Source of the DNA: a filamentous cyanobacterium CCT1
GTDB taxonomy: Bacteria > Cyanobacteriota > Cyanobacteriia > Phormidesmidales > Phormidesmidaceae
Length of the DNA stretch: 14,899 bases
Direction of reading: 5' to 3'
Assembly (NCBI GenBank): GCA_003017855.1
Contig: PYER01000155.1
Coordinates: forward strand, 1 to 14,899
The notes under the pieces were generated by a model. That model was not told where the DNA came from and made no database searches. It saw nothing but the letters and a program-made list of their open reading frames with translations. Numbering within the stretch: position 1 is the first letter of the stretch; each line of letters begins with the position of its first letter. This document shows, piece by piece, positions 14,199-14,899 of this stretch. Both the position numbers and the translations under genes were made by a program.

Positions 14199-14527
14199 GG
14201 CTCACATTCGTACCTGCTCAATTCACATTGGCATTGTCATTGCTGCACATCAATCATTCAGCGCTGACAACAAGCCCGCAGCGCCAAAACCCTTTCCAAC
14301 CTGAGGGCGACCTTTATCAACGCTTCATCAAAATCGTTAGTCTCAGCGTGCAACTGGGCAATCTTGGCAATAGATGAGACAAATCGACGATACCGCCCCA
14401 AACGTCGGCTCTGACTCGCCTGTTCCAGAACTACTCGTCACTACTCCATCGTCTGCCTTACGCCCGAATCTCTCGGGCATGCGGCTTGTTCGTGCCCAGC
14501 TACATCTACCAATAAGGTTTAACTCCT

Positions 14528-14899
14528 ATGGCTGTTGTCAATATTGCTCGTCGTCTATCTGTAAAAACCGTTAGAGCCGACATCGATTCCCTCAACGCGC
14601 TCGGCACCGTCGAGGGCTATACCCCTGTACGGGCCGACTCTGCTCCTGATGCCCTCAAAACCAGCTATGCCAACATGCTGGCCATGCAGCAAAAAGAAAC
14701 TGAGCTGCAGGTAATGATGAAAGCCGCCAGTGATACCGCCCGCCAGGCCGAGTGGGAGTTCCACAACGCCATTTTGTCGATGAAAGAAGCCGTTCGCGCC
14801 CAGTTTGGCCCCGACAGCAACGCCGCCCAGGCGATTGGCTACAAGAAAAAGTCGGAACGCAAGCGCCCCCGCCGCATAGTAAAAGCAGAGGCGATGTAG
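14528..14899 (+). CDS. Hypothetical protein with a basic C-terminal tail
   Basis: 123-aa ORF with an ATG start and a stop at the last 3 nt of the window. It has G+C-rich, third-position-biased codons typical of the backbone. I recognise no motif. Confidence 0.55.
   Translation: MAVVNIARRLSVKTVRADIDSLNALGTVEGYTPVRADSAPDALKTSYANMLAMQQKETELQVMMKAASDTARQAEWEFHNAILSMKEAVRAQFGPDSNAAQAIGYKKKSERKRPRRIVKAEAM

Noticed and set aside
13909-14304. The ORFs 13909-14205 (-) and 13963-14304 (+) as real genes.
   Set aside because: They overlap each other on opposite strands across a DNA-level repeat, and the plus-strand ORF starts at a GTG (I did not check the minus-strand start codon). They encode odd Arg/Ile/Lys-rich or Cys-rich sequences. 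Between repeat copies they show substitutions that are mostly or entirely non-synonymous. I treat the region as a repeat, with a low residual chance that the plus frame codes.
14290-14460. A short minus-strand reading frame translating to ...RYRRFVSSIAKIAQLHAETNDFDEALIKVALRLERVLALRACCQR*.
   Set aside because: It spans only about 58 codons between stops. The only candidate starts are CTG or TTG, there is no ribosome-binding site, and there is no recognisable family. It may be a gene fragment, but the sequence alone does not support it.

Overview
This is a cyanobacterial chromosomal segment: psbU is present, the HIP1 octamer GCGATCGC is frequent, and the backbone is G+C-rich. The first ~7 kb is ordinary housekeeping: nadB(-), psbU(-), a membrane-anchored hypothetical(-), folD(+), crtE(+), a divergent-PAP2/DUF212 gene(+) and a secreted Pro/Ala-rich protein(-). 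From ~7.02 to ~11.6 kb there is a visibly AT-richer island with no HIP1 sites. It carries a 167-aa all-helical, coiled-coil-like ORF followed by a 1249-aa NB-ARC (Apaf-1/plant R-protein type) STAND NTPase. That NTPase has an Apaf-1-like helical domain and about 20 C-terminal 30-31-aa helical repeats, but no recognisable enzymatic effector domain. The main observation is that the small ORF ends ...G GA[A AAA AAG] TAG, a zero-frame A_AAA_AAG -1 slippery heptamer. The -1 frame opens only one codon before this heptamer and stays open into the NB-ARC ORF. An 8-bp stem-loop with pseudoknot potential starts 5 nt downstream. The locus may therefore encode both a free N-terminal module and a 1441-aa CC-like/NB-ARC/repeat fusion, or it carries a homopolymer indel splitting one gene. 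I interpret it as a candidate NLR-like defence system. The sensor repeats include three 88/90-identical tandem 90-bp units whose only differences are non-synonymous. The right flank is accessory DNA. It holds a decayed C-terminal relic of a paralogue of the 160-aa gene at 12730-13212, a small acidic ORF, a DUF4258/YgiT-zinc-finger toxin-antitoxin pair, further hypotheticals, and a non-coding-looking repeat block (105-bp duplication with a 21-bp-phased CTTAAT motif). No tRNA, rRNA, CRISPR array, transposase or integrase was seen.
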